Positions 57,501 through 63,687 of a stretch of DNA of 64,000 bases are shown piece by piece; position 1 is the stretch's first letter; every line of letters begins with the position of its first letter. The stretch comes from Laetmonice hystrix. Taxonomy: Eukaryota. The notes below the pieces were generated by a model that worked only from the letters and a program-made list of their open reading frames with translations, was not told the DNA's origin and made no database searches. Made by a program: the position numbers and the translations under genes. The DNA is taken from assembly GCA_965235115.1 (NCBI GenBank), contig OZ249436.1:44084001-44148000 (forward strand). Direction: 5' to 3'.

Positions 57501-60500
57501 AGGTGCGGTCTGTGACGGTTGTGACCAGCATACAGTACCTGTGAGCTGAGAGGTGCGGTCTGTGAGGGTTGTGACCAGCATACAGTACCCTACCTGTGAG
57601 CTGAGAGGTGCGGTCTGTGAGGGTTGTGACCAGCATACAGTACCTGTGAGCTGAGAGGTGCGGTCTGTGAGGGTTGTGACCAGCATACAGTACCCTACCT
57701 GTGAGCTGAGAGGTGCGGTCTGTGACGGTTGTGGCCAGCATACAGTACCTGTGAGCTGAGAGGTGCGGTCTGTGAGGGTTGTGACCAGCATACAGTACCC
57801 TACCTGTGAGCTGAGAGGTGCGGTCTGTGACGGCTGTGACCAGCATACAGTACCTGTGAGCTGAGAGGTGCGGTCTGTGAGGGTTGTGACCAGCATACAG
57901 TACCTGTGAGCTGAGAGGTGCGGTCTGTGAGGGTTGTGACCAGCATACAGTACCTGTGAGCTGAGAGGTGCGGTCTGTGAGGGTTGTGACCAGCATACAG
58001 TACCTGTGAGCTGAGAGGTGCGGTCTGTGAGGGTTGTGACCAGCATACAGTACCTGTGAGCTGAGAGGTGCGGTCTGTGAGGGTTGTGACCAGCATACAG
58101 TACCCTACCTGTGAGCCGAGAGGTGCGGTCTGTGAGGGTTGTGACCAGCATACAGTACCTGTGAGCTGAGAGTTGCGGTCTGTGAGGGTTGTGACCAGCA
58201 TACAGTACCTGTGAGCTGAGAGGTGCGGTCTGTGACGGTTGTGACCAGCATACAGTACCTGTGAGCTGAGAGGTGCGGTCTGTGACGGTTGTGACCAGCA
58301 TACAGTACCTGTGAGCTGAGAGGTGCGGTCTGTGAGAGTTGTGACCAGCATACAGTACCTGTGAGCTGAGAGGTGCGGTCTGTGAGGGTTGTGACCAGCA
58401 TACAGTACCTGTGAGCTGAGAGGTGCGGTCTGTGAGGGTTGTGACCAGCATACAGTACCTGTGAGCTGAGAGGTGCGGTCTGTGAGGGTTGTGACCAGCA
58501 TACAGTACCCTACCTGTGAGCTGAGAGGTGCGGTCTGTGAGGGTTGTGACCAGCATACAGTACCTGTGAGCTGAGAGGTGCGGTCTGTGAGGGTTGTGAC
58601 CAGCATACAGTACCTGTGAGCTGAGAGGTGCGGTCTGTGAGGGTTGTGACCAGCATACAGTACCTGTGAGCCGAGAGGTGCGGTCTGTGAGGGTTGTGAC
58701 CAGCATACAGTACCTGTGAGCCGAGAGGTGCGGTCTGTGAGGGTTGTGACCAGCATACAGTACCTGTGAGCCGAGAGGTGCGGTCTGTGAGGGTTGTGAC
58801 CAGCATACAGTACCTGTGAGCTGAGAGGTGCGGTCTGTGAGGGTTGTGACCAGCATACAGTACCTGTGAGTTGAGAGGTGCGGTCTGTCAGGGTTGTGAC
58901 CAGCATACAGTACCTGTGAGCTGAGAGGTGCGGTCTGTGAGGGTTGTGACCAGCATACAGTACCTGTGAGCTGAGAGGTGCGGTCTGTGAGGGTTGTGAC
59001 CAGCATACAGTACCTGTGAGCTGAGAGGTGCGGTCTGTGAGGGTTGTGACCAGCATACAGTACCTGTGAGCTGAGAGGTGCGGTCTGTGAGGGTTGTGAC
59101 CAGCATACAGTACCTGTGAGCTGAGAGGTGCGGTCTGTGAGGGTTGTGACCAGCATACAGTACCTGTGAGCTGAGAGGTGCGCTCTGTGAGGGTTGTGAC
59201 CAGCATACAGTACCTGTGAGCTGAGAGGTGCGGTCTGTGAGGGTTGTGGCCAGCATACAGTACCTGTGAGCTGAGAGGTGCGGTCTGTGAGGGTTGTGAC
59301 CAGCATACAGTACCTGTGAGCTGAGAGGTGCGGTCTGTGAGGGTTGTGACCAGCATACAGTACCTGTGAGCTGAGAGGTGCGGTCTGTGAGGGTTGGGAC
59401 CAGCATACAGCACCTGTGAGCCGAGAGGTGCGGTCTGTGAGGGTTGAGACCAGCATACACTGTGAGCTGAGAGGTGCGGTCTGTGAGGGTTGTGACCAGC
59501 ATACAGTACCTGTGAGCTGAGAGGTGCGGTCTGTGACGGTTGTGGCCAGCATACAGTACCTGTGAGCTGAGAGGTGCGGTCTGTGAGGGTTGTGACCAGC
59601 ATACAGTACCTGTGAGCTGAGAGGTGCGGTCTGTGAGGGTTGTGACCAGCATACAGTACCTGTGAGCTGAGAGGTGCGCGCTGTGAGGATTGTGACCAGC
59701 ATACAGTACCTGTGAGCTGAGAGGTGGGGTCTGTGAGGGTTGTGACCAGCATACAGTACCTGTGAGCTGAGAGGTGCGGTCTGTGAGGGTTGTGACCAGC
59801 ATACAGTACCTGTGAGCTGAGAGGTGCGGTCTGTGAGGGTTGTGACCAGCACACAGTACCTGTGAGCTGAGAGGTGCGGTCTGTGAGGATTGTGACCAGC
59901 ATACAGTACCTGTGAGCTGAGAGGTGCGGTCTGTGAGGGTTGTGACCAGCATACAGTACCTGTGAGCTGAGAGGTGCGCTGTGTGAGGGTTGTGACCAGC
60001 ATACAGTACCTGTGAGCTGAGAGGTGGGGTCTGTGAGGGTTGTGACCAGCATATACAGTACCTGTGAGCTGAGAGGTGCGGTCTGTGAGGATTGTGACCA
60101 GCATATACAGTACCTGTGAGCTGAGAGGTGCGGTCTGTGAGGATTGTGACCAGCATACAGTACCTGTGAGCTGAGAGGTGCGGTCTGTGACCAGCATACA
60201 GTACCTGTGAGCTGAGAGGTGCGGTCTGTGAGGGTTGTGACCAGCATACAGTACCTGTGAGCTGAGAGGTGCGGTCTGTGACGGTTGTGACCAGCATACA
60301 GTACCTGTGAGCTGAGAGGTGCGGTCTGTGACGGTTGTGACTAGCATACAGTACCTGTGAGCTGAGAGGTGCGGTCTGTGAGGGTTGTGACCAGCATGTT
60401 GACGGCCCTCATGGCGGCCAGTGTAGATTCCCACGCCGCGGGTTCGATCTCCATCACGGAGGCCTGCTGCTGCAACCATGCTCCCAACCTGATGGTGGAA

Positions 60501-63500
60501 ATACAATTCCATATCATACACACGATTACGAGGGAGTCTCGCATACTTTATGAGCATGCAGGAACCGGGCTGGGAGCCGAACAGGTTCTATGTGTCCGTA
60601 GTGCGTATTGCGTAATCAAAACAATGCAAACAAGCATTACGCACTACGCACTACTACTGTGGTGAATACGCATTACGCCCCACGCCCACGTACACATGGA
60701 TTCCTGGCTTTAGGATTCAGTATTTTGGAGCCTGTTATAGTGCTGTGGCGTAGCCGGAGCTTGACCACGTTTCTCACTACCTCTGATGTTATCTGATTCA
60801 TACTTACGATTAAGGGAAAACATTATGTGAAAGAGTTATGTCTGCCAATCATCATACTACACTGGACTTCTAACCAAACTGTTTTAACCCTGACACAAAC
60901 AAGATTTTCCGAGTTCTGAACATACCACTCCAAGGTTTGCTCGGGCTGGGTTGCTGGCAGAGTCAGTGCCCGGTTTATCCTTGCCACCCAGTCCTCCTAT
61001 ACTACACTGTACTTGAACTTCTAAAACTGTTTTAACCCTGACACAAACAAGATTTTCCGAGTTCTGAACATACCACTCCAAGGTTTGCTCGGGCTGGGTT
61101 GCTGGCACAGTCAGTGCCCGGTTTATCCTCGCCACCCAGTCCTACAATACTACACTGTACTTGAACTTCTAAAACTGTTTTAACCCTGACACAAACAAGA
61201 TTTTCCGAGTTCTGAACATACCACTCCAAGGTTTGCTCGGGCTGGGTTGCTGGCAGAGTCAGTGCCCGGTTTATCCTCGCCACCCAGTCCTCCCAGTCCC
61301 CACGGTAGATGAACGTCTGTGGGGGTACAGGGACTGGTTGGTTTGTGAAGAACCGTGTCAGTTCATCCTGGTACCTGGCTAGATTCTGTCCGAATGACGT
61401 CCAGTTTAACGGCCGGGAGAGGTCAGGCGCCCCGCCATTCTCGTTCCGGGTCAGCAGGTCAAACTAAGGAAGATAGAAAATTATTATAAAGATGGAACAT
61501 GTTTCGTAGGCCTAGGACTATAGCACTACTGGCCACCTGTCAGTAAATCTATATTCTTTAAATCATTGCTATCTAATTGGTATATTCAGCTTTGACCTCA
61601 GAGTCAAAAATACATTATAGACACACAAAAATATAGCCTGTACTTCCTACAGAAAGCTAGGGTTATCTAAATGTAAAAAAGGCTAGGGTCCTACAATCTG
61701 AGACATGAAAGTTATTAACTGGGGGAGGCGCTGCACCCCCAGGTTAAGAGCCGGGGAAAGCCCTGGTGTCCGCTGCCCCTCCTCCTGACACCATGAACGT
61801 AAAATAGTTTTTGTTACATCGGTCTGGTAAGAAGGCTACTAGTACTACCTGCTCGGTCAGGTGGTTGAGGTTGCCCAGTTCCTGCTCCAGCTCTCTAAAG
61901 ATGACGGTTACGTTCAGACGACACAGTGCGTTCCGAACTGACGTAGAACTGACGTCACTTGGATACGTCACCGCGTCTGAGCACCAGACGTTCTGGAACT
62001 CATTGCCAGAAACTGCTCGGGTTAACTGAAACAAAAGTCATATATTTTACTGACAATTCTGAGGAAACTTTATGCATGCTGACCACGTTCTAAACTCAAA
62101 CTTTTGAATTTTTTACTTACAGCAGCAAGGTCGATCCGTGACTTGAGAAGAGCGTGCAGGACCTCCGGAGTGGAGGCAAATGTCCTTCTTATGTAGTCAG
62201 GGGTGTAGTTAGCTGACACGAACAGGGATTCCAAAGTGACAGAGGAACCTGTATGGAGATATACCAGTGTCATCTACATGCCACCTCAGTAGGCCAGACT
62301 TTGGGTGACAGCTCGGCACCCAACAGTAATAGTGTAAATACACGGACTGCATAACCTTCATGCCACCTCAGCAGGCCAGACTTTGGGTGACAGCTCGGCA
62401 CCCAACAGTAATATTGTAAATCTATACACGGACTGCATAACCTACATGCCACCTCAGCAGGCCAGACTTTGGGTGACAGCTCGGCACCCAACAGTAATAT
62501 TGTAAATCTATTCATGGACTGCATAACCTACATGCCACCTCAGCAGGCCAGACCTTGGGTGACAGCTCGGCACCCAACAGTAATATTGTAAATCTATTCA
62601 TGGACTGCATAACCTACATGCCACCTCAGCAGGCCAGACCTTGGGTGACAGCTCGGCACCCAACAGTAATATTGTAAATCTATACACGGACTGCATAACC
62701 TACATGCCACCTCAGCAGGCCAGACTTTGGGTGACAGCTCGGCACCCAACAGTAATATTGTAAATCTATACACGGACTGCATAACCTACATGCCACCTCA
62801 GCAGGCCAAACCTTGGGTGACAGCTAGGCACCCAACAGTAATATTGTACATCTATACACGGACTGCATAACCTACATGCCACCTCAGCAGGCCAGACCTT
62901 GGGTGACAGCTAGGCACCCAACAGTAATCGTGTAAATACACGGACTGCATAACCTACATGCCACCTCAGTAGGCCAGACTTTGGGTGACAGCTAGGCACC
63001 CAACAGTAATATTGTAAATACACGGACTGCATAACCTACATAGCATTATCCTAAAGAGAAAACATTGTAGGTGCTAACATAATTCTTGCAGGCTTGCTCT
63101 ATTTGATTTTTTCTCCACTTACCTTCAATTTTCTGTAACCGTCCACTCATGGCGTCCATGATGTTACGACCTATCTTTAAAAAGCGTTCCATACTCTGCC
63201 ATGACGACGTATTACTAAACATTGGCGCGAACGATGCCAGAAGTTCAGCCGACCTGGGGTGAGATTAAACGTAATCGTTGACGGTCGAAGTTGTGGAAAT
63301 CAGTGATATTTTAAAAAAAAAAGTCCGCTACATGGGCAAGTTTCAATCACATTTCGCGTGTTTCGTTTCATTTAAAAAAAAACCCATTTAATTCATGAGC
63401 CGTAAAATGATTGCAAATAACCATATTTGAAATCGAGATATAATCAAAAAGACAAAATATACACACAAAGTGTACACTCACATTTGAGGGTTCTCGTTTG

Positions 63501-63687
63501 CCATCAGGGATTGCCAGATCCTCGGTTCGCTGACTTGTGAGATATTAAATATGGCAGCCACGTCCCGACCCAGTATGTCAACTCTGCTGACATTGAAGGT
63601 GCGGAGTACGTTCTGAATGAGTTTATCATAGCTGGCCATGAATGTCGCTAAGTCGAGTTTCCCTGTGGTGACGGCGCTTCGGATCAT
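289..63687 (-). CDS. ABCA: ABCA-subfamily full transporter (ABCA1/12/13-like), partial multi-exon gene with a greatly expanded ECD1; gene continues beyond both window ends
   Basis: 52-53 GT-AG exons joining with consistent phase. Motifs: KILYTP-like [33 protein letters not shown]...[79 protein letters not shown]. Confidence 0.97.
740..3110. repeat. 44-bp minisatellite, about 54 copies; unit spans the donor of exon 3085-3253
   Basis: Unit gacccccctcactcaccactggtgtgacggtgtgaactggtagt; last copy runs into the exon. Confidence 0.97.
3085..3253 (-). CDS. ABCA: ABCA exon (end of R1/linker, VFLKLT...)
   Basis: ttgaag|GTATTC... AGTG|gtgagt; phase 0 to 1. Confidence 0.88.
3422..3633 (-). CDS. ABCA: ABCA exon (R1 regulatory domain)
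   Basis: [25 protein letters not shown]...[10 protein letters not shown]|gtaggt. Confidence 0.92.
3786..3816 (-). CDS. ABCA: ABCA 31-nt mini-exon ([10 protein letters not shown])
   Basis: ttccag|...G|gtaag; required to reconcile the phase 0 end of 3919 with the phase 1 start of 3633. Confidence 0.8.
3919..4011 (-). CDS. ABCA: ABCA exon (end of NBD1)
   Basis: [26 protein letters not shown]; ctccag| and |gtacgt. Confidence 0.92.
4311..4661. mobile_element. Inverted dimer of a MITE, PIF/Harbinger(Tourist)-like
   Basis: Termini gctttcacatg...catgtgaaagc; TAA at 4308-4310, 4469-4471 and 4662-4664; the two halves are reverse complements. Confidence 0.75.
4733..4809 (-). CDS. ABCA: ABCA exon (NBD1 H-loop)
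   Basis: [25 protein letters not shown]; ttacag| and |gtgagt. Confidence 0.95.
5017..5943. repeat. 27-bp intronic minisatellite, about 34 copies
   Basis: Unit gtgacaggYgggatactgggatttatt. Confidence 0.97.
6181..6377 (-). CDS. ABCA: ABCA exon (NBD1 signature, Walker B, D-loop)
   Basis: [37 protein letters not shown]. Confidence 0.97.
6389..6815. repeat. 39-bp minisatellite, about 11 copies, starting about 10 nt from the acceptor of exon 6181-6377
   Basis: Unit acaagagaaactcctccgtaacagttggtagtgactaag. Confidence 0.93.
6935..7180. repeat. Diverged tandem repeat of about 97 bp, 2-3 copies
   Basis: Recurring ctatgccccgaattt / aattacttcggtccctatatagatccctcaaaatgtcttc. Confidence 0.75.
7274..7486 (-). 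CDS. ABCA: ABCA exon (NBD1 Q-loop)
   Basis: [13 protein letters not shown]...[20 protein letters not shown]. Confidence 0.96.
7811..7982 (-). CDS. ABCA: ABCA exon (NBD1 Walker A); alternative in-frame acceptor would extend it to 8000
   Basis: [11 protein letters not shown]...[16 protein letters not shown]|gtaaga. Confidence 0.93.
8234..8671. mobile_element. Putative MITE with about 16-bp terminal inverted repeats
   Basis: tagcctggtccccggt ... accgggcaccaggcta. Confidence 0.6.
10786..11705. repeat. About 51-bp minisatellite, about 17-18 copies
   Basis: Unit cctaaagctatcctgtcacagctgccggctttgagttttccccaatatttt. Confidence 0.95.
12053..12109 (-). CDS. Candidate 57-nt symmetric (phase 1-1) cassette exon in the TMD1-NBD1 linker
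   Basis: ttcctgttcaacccgcgcag|TC AAA CCT...GCA G|gtagtt; open frame [19 protein letters not shown]; not required for frame. Confidence 0.5.
12498..12731. repeat. 35-bp minisatellite, about 6.5 copies
   Basis: Unit cacaacacctagccgatatgagatatctaatctta. Confidence 0.92.
12820..12954 (-). CDS. ABCA: ABCA exon (post-TM6 motif)
   Basis: [18 protein letters not shown]; |gtaagt. Confidence 0.94.
13307..13382. mobile_element. Tiny CAG...CTG MITE remnant with 5-bp TSD (cttgg)
   Basis: cttgg|cagtggcagattta...tagatccgcgcctg|cttgg. Confidence 0.55.
13555..13750 (-). CDS. ABCA: ABCA exon (TMD1, TM5-TM6)
   Basis: [11 protein letters not shown]...GVQWDN...[22 protein letters not shown]. Confidence 0.94.
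14131..14269 (-). CDS. ABCA: ABCA exon (TMD1)
   Basis: [29 protein letters not shown]; |gtgagt. Confidence 0.94.
14762..26737. repeat. About 12-kb 58/57-bp minisatellite, about 205 copies; unit spans the donor of exon 26697-26887
   Basis: Unit gttacctgagcatggtggtggtgagggagaagtcacacaggtagagacaggtggSgat; last copy encodes the exon end [13 protein letters not shown]. Confidence 0.98.
26697..26887 (-). CDS. ABCA: ABCA exon (TMD1)
   Basis: [18 protein letters not shown]...[29 protein letters not shown]|gtaaca. Confidence 0.94.
27250..27367 (-). CDS. ABCA: ABCA exon (TM2)
   Basis: [39 protein letters not shown] (hand-translated). Confidence 0.9.
27469..28049. repeat. 11-bp AT-rich tandem repeat, about 52 copies, ending about 15 nt from the donor of exon 28065-28241
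   Basis: Unit tacttattgat. Confidence 0.95.
28065..28241 (-). CDS. ABCA: ABCA exon (end of ECD1)
   Basis: [32 protein letters not shown]...[11 protein letters not shown]. Confidence 0.95.
28733..28912. repeat. 39/30-bp tandem repeat, about 5 copies
   Basis: acaccaagaac(atacagaac)acctacatggaacatttta. Confidence 0.85.
31272..31464 (-). CDS. ABCA: ABCA exon (ECD1 base)
   Basis: GIVFLN...[25 protein letters not shown]. Confidence 0.94.
31748..32088. repeat. CT/CTGT-rich low-complexity microsatellite
   Basis: Degenerate (ct)n/(ctgt)n next to the donor of exon 32098. Confidence 0.9.
32098..32347 (-). CDS. ABCA: ABCA exon (ECD1)
   Basis: ESMKNPFV...[32 protein letters not shown]. Confidence 0.9.
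32484..32886. repeat. 50-bp minisatellite, about 8 copies; unit spans the donor of exon 32876-32992
   Basis: Unit cttacattgagactggcggactgttctatcattgagactggctgattggt (minus strand CTCAAT|gtaaga). Confidence 0.92.
32876..32992 (-). CDS. ABCA: ABCA exon (ECD1)
   Basis: ctgtag|[39 protein letters not shown]|gtaaga; phase 0-0. Confidence 0.82.
33216..33358 (-). CDS. ABCA: ABCA exon (ECD1)
   Basis: FCRDVYKQI...[29 protein letters not shown]. Confidence 0.95.
33349..33560. repeat. Two-copy diverged duplication of about 100 bp spanning the acceptor of exon 33216-33358
   Basis: cagaaatcggctggaaaca...atccttccatatctaatagaaaaacatt present twice. Confidence 0.8.
33601..33762 (-). CDS. ABCA: ABCA exon (ECD1)
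   Basis: ttgtag|..[14 protein letters not shown]...; |gtaaga; phase 1-1. Confidence 0.88.
33758..35070. repeat. 44-bp minisatellite spanning the acceptor of exon 33601-33762, interrupted by a MITE
   Basis: Unit caatgctacaacaaacgaaaggtcactcaggtcatggaaagact. Confidence 0.95.
34208..34733. mobile_element. Foldback MITE with about 235-bp TIRs and TTAA TSD (Kolobok-like AG...CT termini)
   Basis: ttaa|agggagtcgtaaaattc...gaattttacggctccct|ttaa; empty site gacttaaggc seen in sister repeat units. Confidence 0.88.
35196..35382 (-). CDS. ABCA: ABCA exon (ECD1)
   Basis: ttccag|[19 protein letters not shown]...|gtatgt; phase 0 to 1. Confidence 0.85.
37441..37816. mobile_element. CAG...CTG MITE with 5-bp TSD (atagg)
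   Basis: atagg|caggggcgtaggaa...ttcctacgcctctg|atagg. Confidence 0.72.
38255..40052. repeat. About 55-58-bp minisatellite, about 31 copies; unit carries a copy of the donor of exon 40049-40249
   Basis: Unit aactgaccctccccaatactctcccattgtgtgagtgaccccattccccgggtgtgt (minus strand GAGG|gtcagt). Confidence 0.93.
40049..40249 (-). CDS. ABCA: ABCA exon, ECD1 module 8 exon d (paired Cys)
   Basis: [14 protein letters not shown]...AMCGLDREK...LDIGELLKR; phase 0-0. Confidence 0.88.
40308..40532. mobile_element. MITE with 5-bp TSD (gaatg)
   Basis: gaatg|cactgggggatccagg...cctgtatcccccactg|gaatg. Confidence 0.65.
40767..40885 (-). CDS. ABCA: ABCA exon, module 8 exon c
   Basis: [14 protein letters not shown]...[18 protein letters not shown]; phase 1 to 0. 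Confidence 0.87.
41022..42230. repeat. 43-bp minisatellite, about 28 copies; spans the donor of exon 42206-42339
   Basis: Unit tagctaggtgactcaccactgatgaacagtttctgtgataggg. Confidence 0.96.
42206..42339 (-). CDS. ABCA: ABCA exon, module 8 exon b
   Basis: ttgcag|..VIYLINKLG...KLFISG|gtgagt; phase 2 to 1. Confidence 0.86.
42679..42887 (-). CDS. ABCA: ABCA exon, module 8 exon a
   Basis: ccgcag|[14 protein letters not shown]...|gtaagt; phase 0 to 2. Confidence 0.86.
42878..43568. repeat. 99/102-bp tandem repeat, about 7 copies; spans the acceptor of exon 42679-42887
   Basis: Unit tcgacgacagctgcgggaagagggagtcagagtgaggagggcagggaaggggttgccatcttacttgtgtacctctcagtcccagggaggcagtcatca. Confidence 0.95.
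44065..44262 (-). CDS. ABCA: ABCA exon, module 7 exon d
   Basis: [12 protein letters not shown]...ALCTETVN...MDVRKLLYE; phase 0-0. Confidence 0.87.
44675..44799 (-). CDS. ABCA: ABCA exon, module 7 exon c
   Basis: [12 protein letters not shown]...[14 protein letters not shown]|gtaaga; phase 1 to 0. Confidence 0.86.
45082..45209 (-). CDS. ABCA: ABCA exon, module 7 exon b
   Basis: ctcccag|..[11 protein letters not shown]...|gtacgt; phase 2 to 1. Confidence 0.84.
45204..45500. repeat. About 53-56-bp tandem repeat, about 5 copies; spans the acceptor of exon 45082-45209
   Basis: accagtctgggagggcgaaataacggattttatcgttattatttcaacatataact. Confidence 0.9.
45557..45735 (-). CDS. ABCA: ABCA exon, module 7 exon a
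   Basis: cgttag|[18 protein letters not shown]...DIN|gtgaga; phase 0 to 2, needed for frame. Confidence 0.8.
45947..46080 (-). CDS. ABCA: ABCA exon, module 6 variant c/d exon
   Basis: ccccag|..[22 protein letters not shown]...|gtaagt; phase 1 to 0. Confidence 0.84.
46356..46486 (-). CDS. ABCA: ABCA exon, module 6 exon b
   Basis: ctccag|..[16 protein letters not shown]...LP|gtatgg; phase 2 to 1. Confidence 0.8.
46609..46808 (-). CDS. ABCA: ABCA exon, module 6 exon a
   Basis: ccacag|MEQQTGFDP...|gtacgt; phase 0 to 2. Confidence 0.84.
47186..47430. repeat. 62-bp tandem repeat, about 4 copies; spans the donor of exon 47391-47582
   Basis: ccggccgctagScctacctgtttgattaagtatgagatgttgaatgtgttgaccagctttca. 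Confidence 0.92.
47391..47582 (-). CDS. ABCA: ABCA exon, module 5 exon d
   Basis: [12 protein letters not shown]...ELCQAL...FNISYLIKQ; phase 0-0. Confidence 0.87.
47700..47955. repeat. 22-bp tandem repeat, about 9 copies plus one displaced copy; spans the donor of exon 47940-48067
   Basis: gacttactttgtccgggtgtat (minus strand GACAAA|gtaagt). Confidence 0.93.
47940..48067 (-). CDS. ABCA: ABCA exon, module 5 exon c
   Basis: [15 protein letters not shown]...[10 protein letters not shown]; phase 1 to 0. Confidence 0.85.
48297..48427 (-). CDS. ABCA: ABCA exon, module 5 exon b
   Basis: tgacag|..[18 protein letters not shown]...|gtatga; phase 2 to 1. Confidence 0.85.
48810..49042 (-). CDS. ABCA: ABCA exon, module 5 exon a
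   Basis: tgccag|[10 protein letters not shown]...|gtaagt; phase 0 to 2. Confidence 0.85.
49391..49606 (-). CDS. ABCA: ABCA exon, module 4 exon d
   Basis: LLCNTSAL...SLLCG...|gtaagg; phase 0-0. Confidence 0.85.
49766..49893 (-). CDS. ABCA: ABCA exon, module 4 exon c
   Basis: [15 protein letters not shown]...[10 protein letters not shown]; phase 1 to 0. Confidence 0.85.
49885..50195. repeat. About 62-bp tandem repeat, about 5 copies; spans the acceptor of exon 49766-49893
   Basis: acgtcagcatctgtatgacgtcataacaacttactttgaacgtcacgccattataacgtgtg. Confidence 0.9.
50560..50681 (-). CDS. ABCA: ABCA exon, module 4 exon b
   Basis: catcag|..[12 protein letters not shown]...FLR|gtgaga; phase 2 to 1. 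Confidence 0.82.
51082..51284 (-). CDS. ABCA: ABCA exon, module 4 exon a
   Basis: tctcag|[10 protein letters not shown]...|gtaggt; phase 0 to 2. Confidence 0.84.
51612..51803 (-). CDS. ABCA: ABCA exon, module 3 exon d
   Basis: [11 protein letters not shown]...NLCQTVNFT...|gtgagt; phase 0-0. Confidence 0.87.
52065..52192 (-). CDS. ABCA: ABCA exon, module 3 exon c
   Basis: [19 protein letters not shown]...[14 protein letters not shown]; phase 1 to 0. Confidence 0.86.
52300..52470. mobile_element. Short palindromic MITE (GGGCC...GGCCC termini, Harbinger-like), arms about 80 bp
   Basis: gggccaggtttcagaaaggttagcatgatcttaacttaagc... mirrored as ...gcttaagttaagatcatgctaacctttctgaaaccgggccc. Confidence 0.8.
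52558..52673 (-). CDS. ABCA: ABCA exon, module 3 exon b
   Basis: ttgcag|..[19 protein letters not shown]...|gtaagt; phase 2 to 1. Confidence 0.83.
52846..53075 (-). CDS. ABCA: ABCA exon, module 3 exon a
   Basis: VSFLAAS...[10 protein letters not shown]...|gtatgt; phase 0 to 2. Confidence 0.85.
53334..53507 (-). CDS. ABCA: ABCA exon, module 2 exon d
   Basis: VLCDVIQYP...QLLCHSDY...IDWDKLVAE; phase 0-0. Confidence 0.87.
53484..56258. repeat. 52/49-bp minisatellite, about 54 copies; spans the acceptor of exon 53334-53507 and fills almost the whole intron
   Basis: atcgggtgacatcaggctacca(acc)tgggttagggatggaatcaaggtttat. Confidence 0.97.
56270..56394 (-). CDS. ABCA: ABCA exon, module 2 exon c
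   Basis: [42 protein letters not shown]; phase 1 to 0. Confidence 0.86.
56827..60397. repeat. 50-bp minisatellite, about 71 copies; unit is about 43 nt of exon end plus the donor of exon 60355-60488
   Basis: acagtacctgtgagctgagaggtgcggtctgtgagggttgtgaccagcat. Confidence 0.97.
60355..60488 (-). CDS. ABCA: ABCA exon, module 2 exon b
   Basis: catcag|..[19 protein letters not shown]...SQLT G|gtactg; phase 2 to 1. Confidence 0.84.
60875..61292. repeat. 148-bp tandem triplication spanning the donor and last about 70 nt of exon 61222-61463
   Basis: ORFs 60884-61135 and 61032-61283 are near-identical and offset by 148 bp. Confidence 0.92.
61222..61463 (-). CDS. ABCA: ABCA exon, module 2 exon a
   Basis: ccttag|[10 protein letters not shown]...[11 protein letters not shown]...QTLE|gtatgt; phase 0 to 2. 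Confidence 0.85.
61849..62025 (-). CDS. ABCA: ABCA exon, module 1 exon d
   Basis: [10 protein letters not shown]...NALCRLNVT...; phase 0-0. Confidence 0.86.
62121..62248 (-). CDS. ABCA: ABCA exon, module 1 exon c
   Basis: [10 protein letters not shown]...[16 protein letters not shown]|gtaagt; phase 1 to 0. Confidence 0.86.
62274..63041. repeat. About 89-bp minisatellite, about 8.5 copies
   Basis: ctacatgccacctcagcaggccagactttgggtgacagctcggcacccaacagtaatattgtaaatctatacacggactgcataac. Confidence 0.95.
63123..63253 (-). CDS. ABCA: ABCA exon, module 1 exon b
   Basis: ccccag|..[18 protein letters not shown]...KIE G|gtaagt; phase 2 to 1. Confidence 0.84.
63482..63687 (-). CDS. ABCA: ABCA exon, module 1 exon a
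   Basis: ttctag|MIRSAVTTG...|gtgagt; phase 0 to 2. Confidence 0.84.

Noticed and set aside
56670..60557. 1295-aa, 815-aa and 469-aa ORFs
   Set aside because: Translations of the 50-bp intronic repeat in different frames; the true exon frame stops at 60341.
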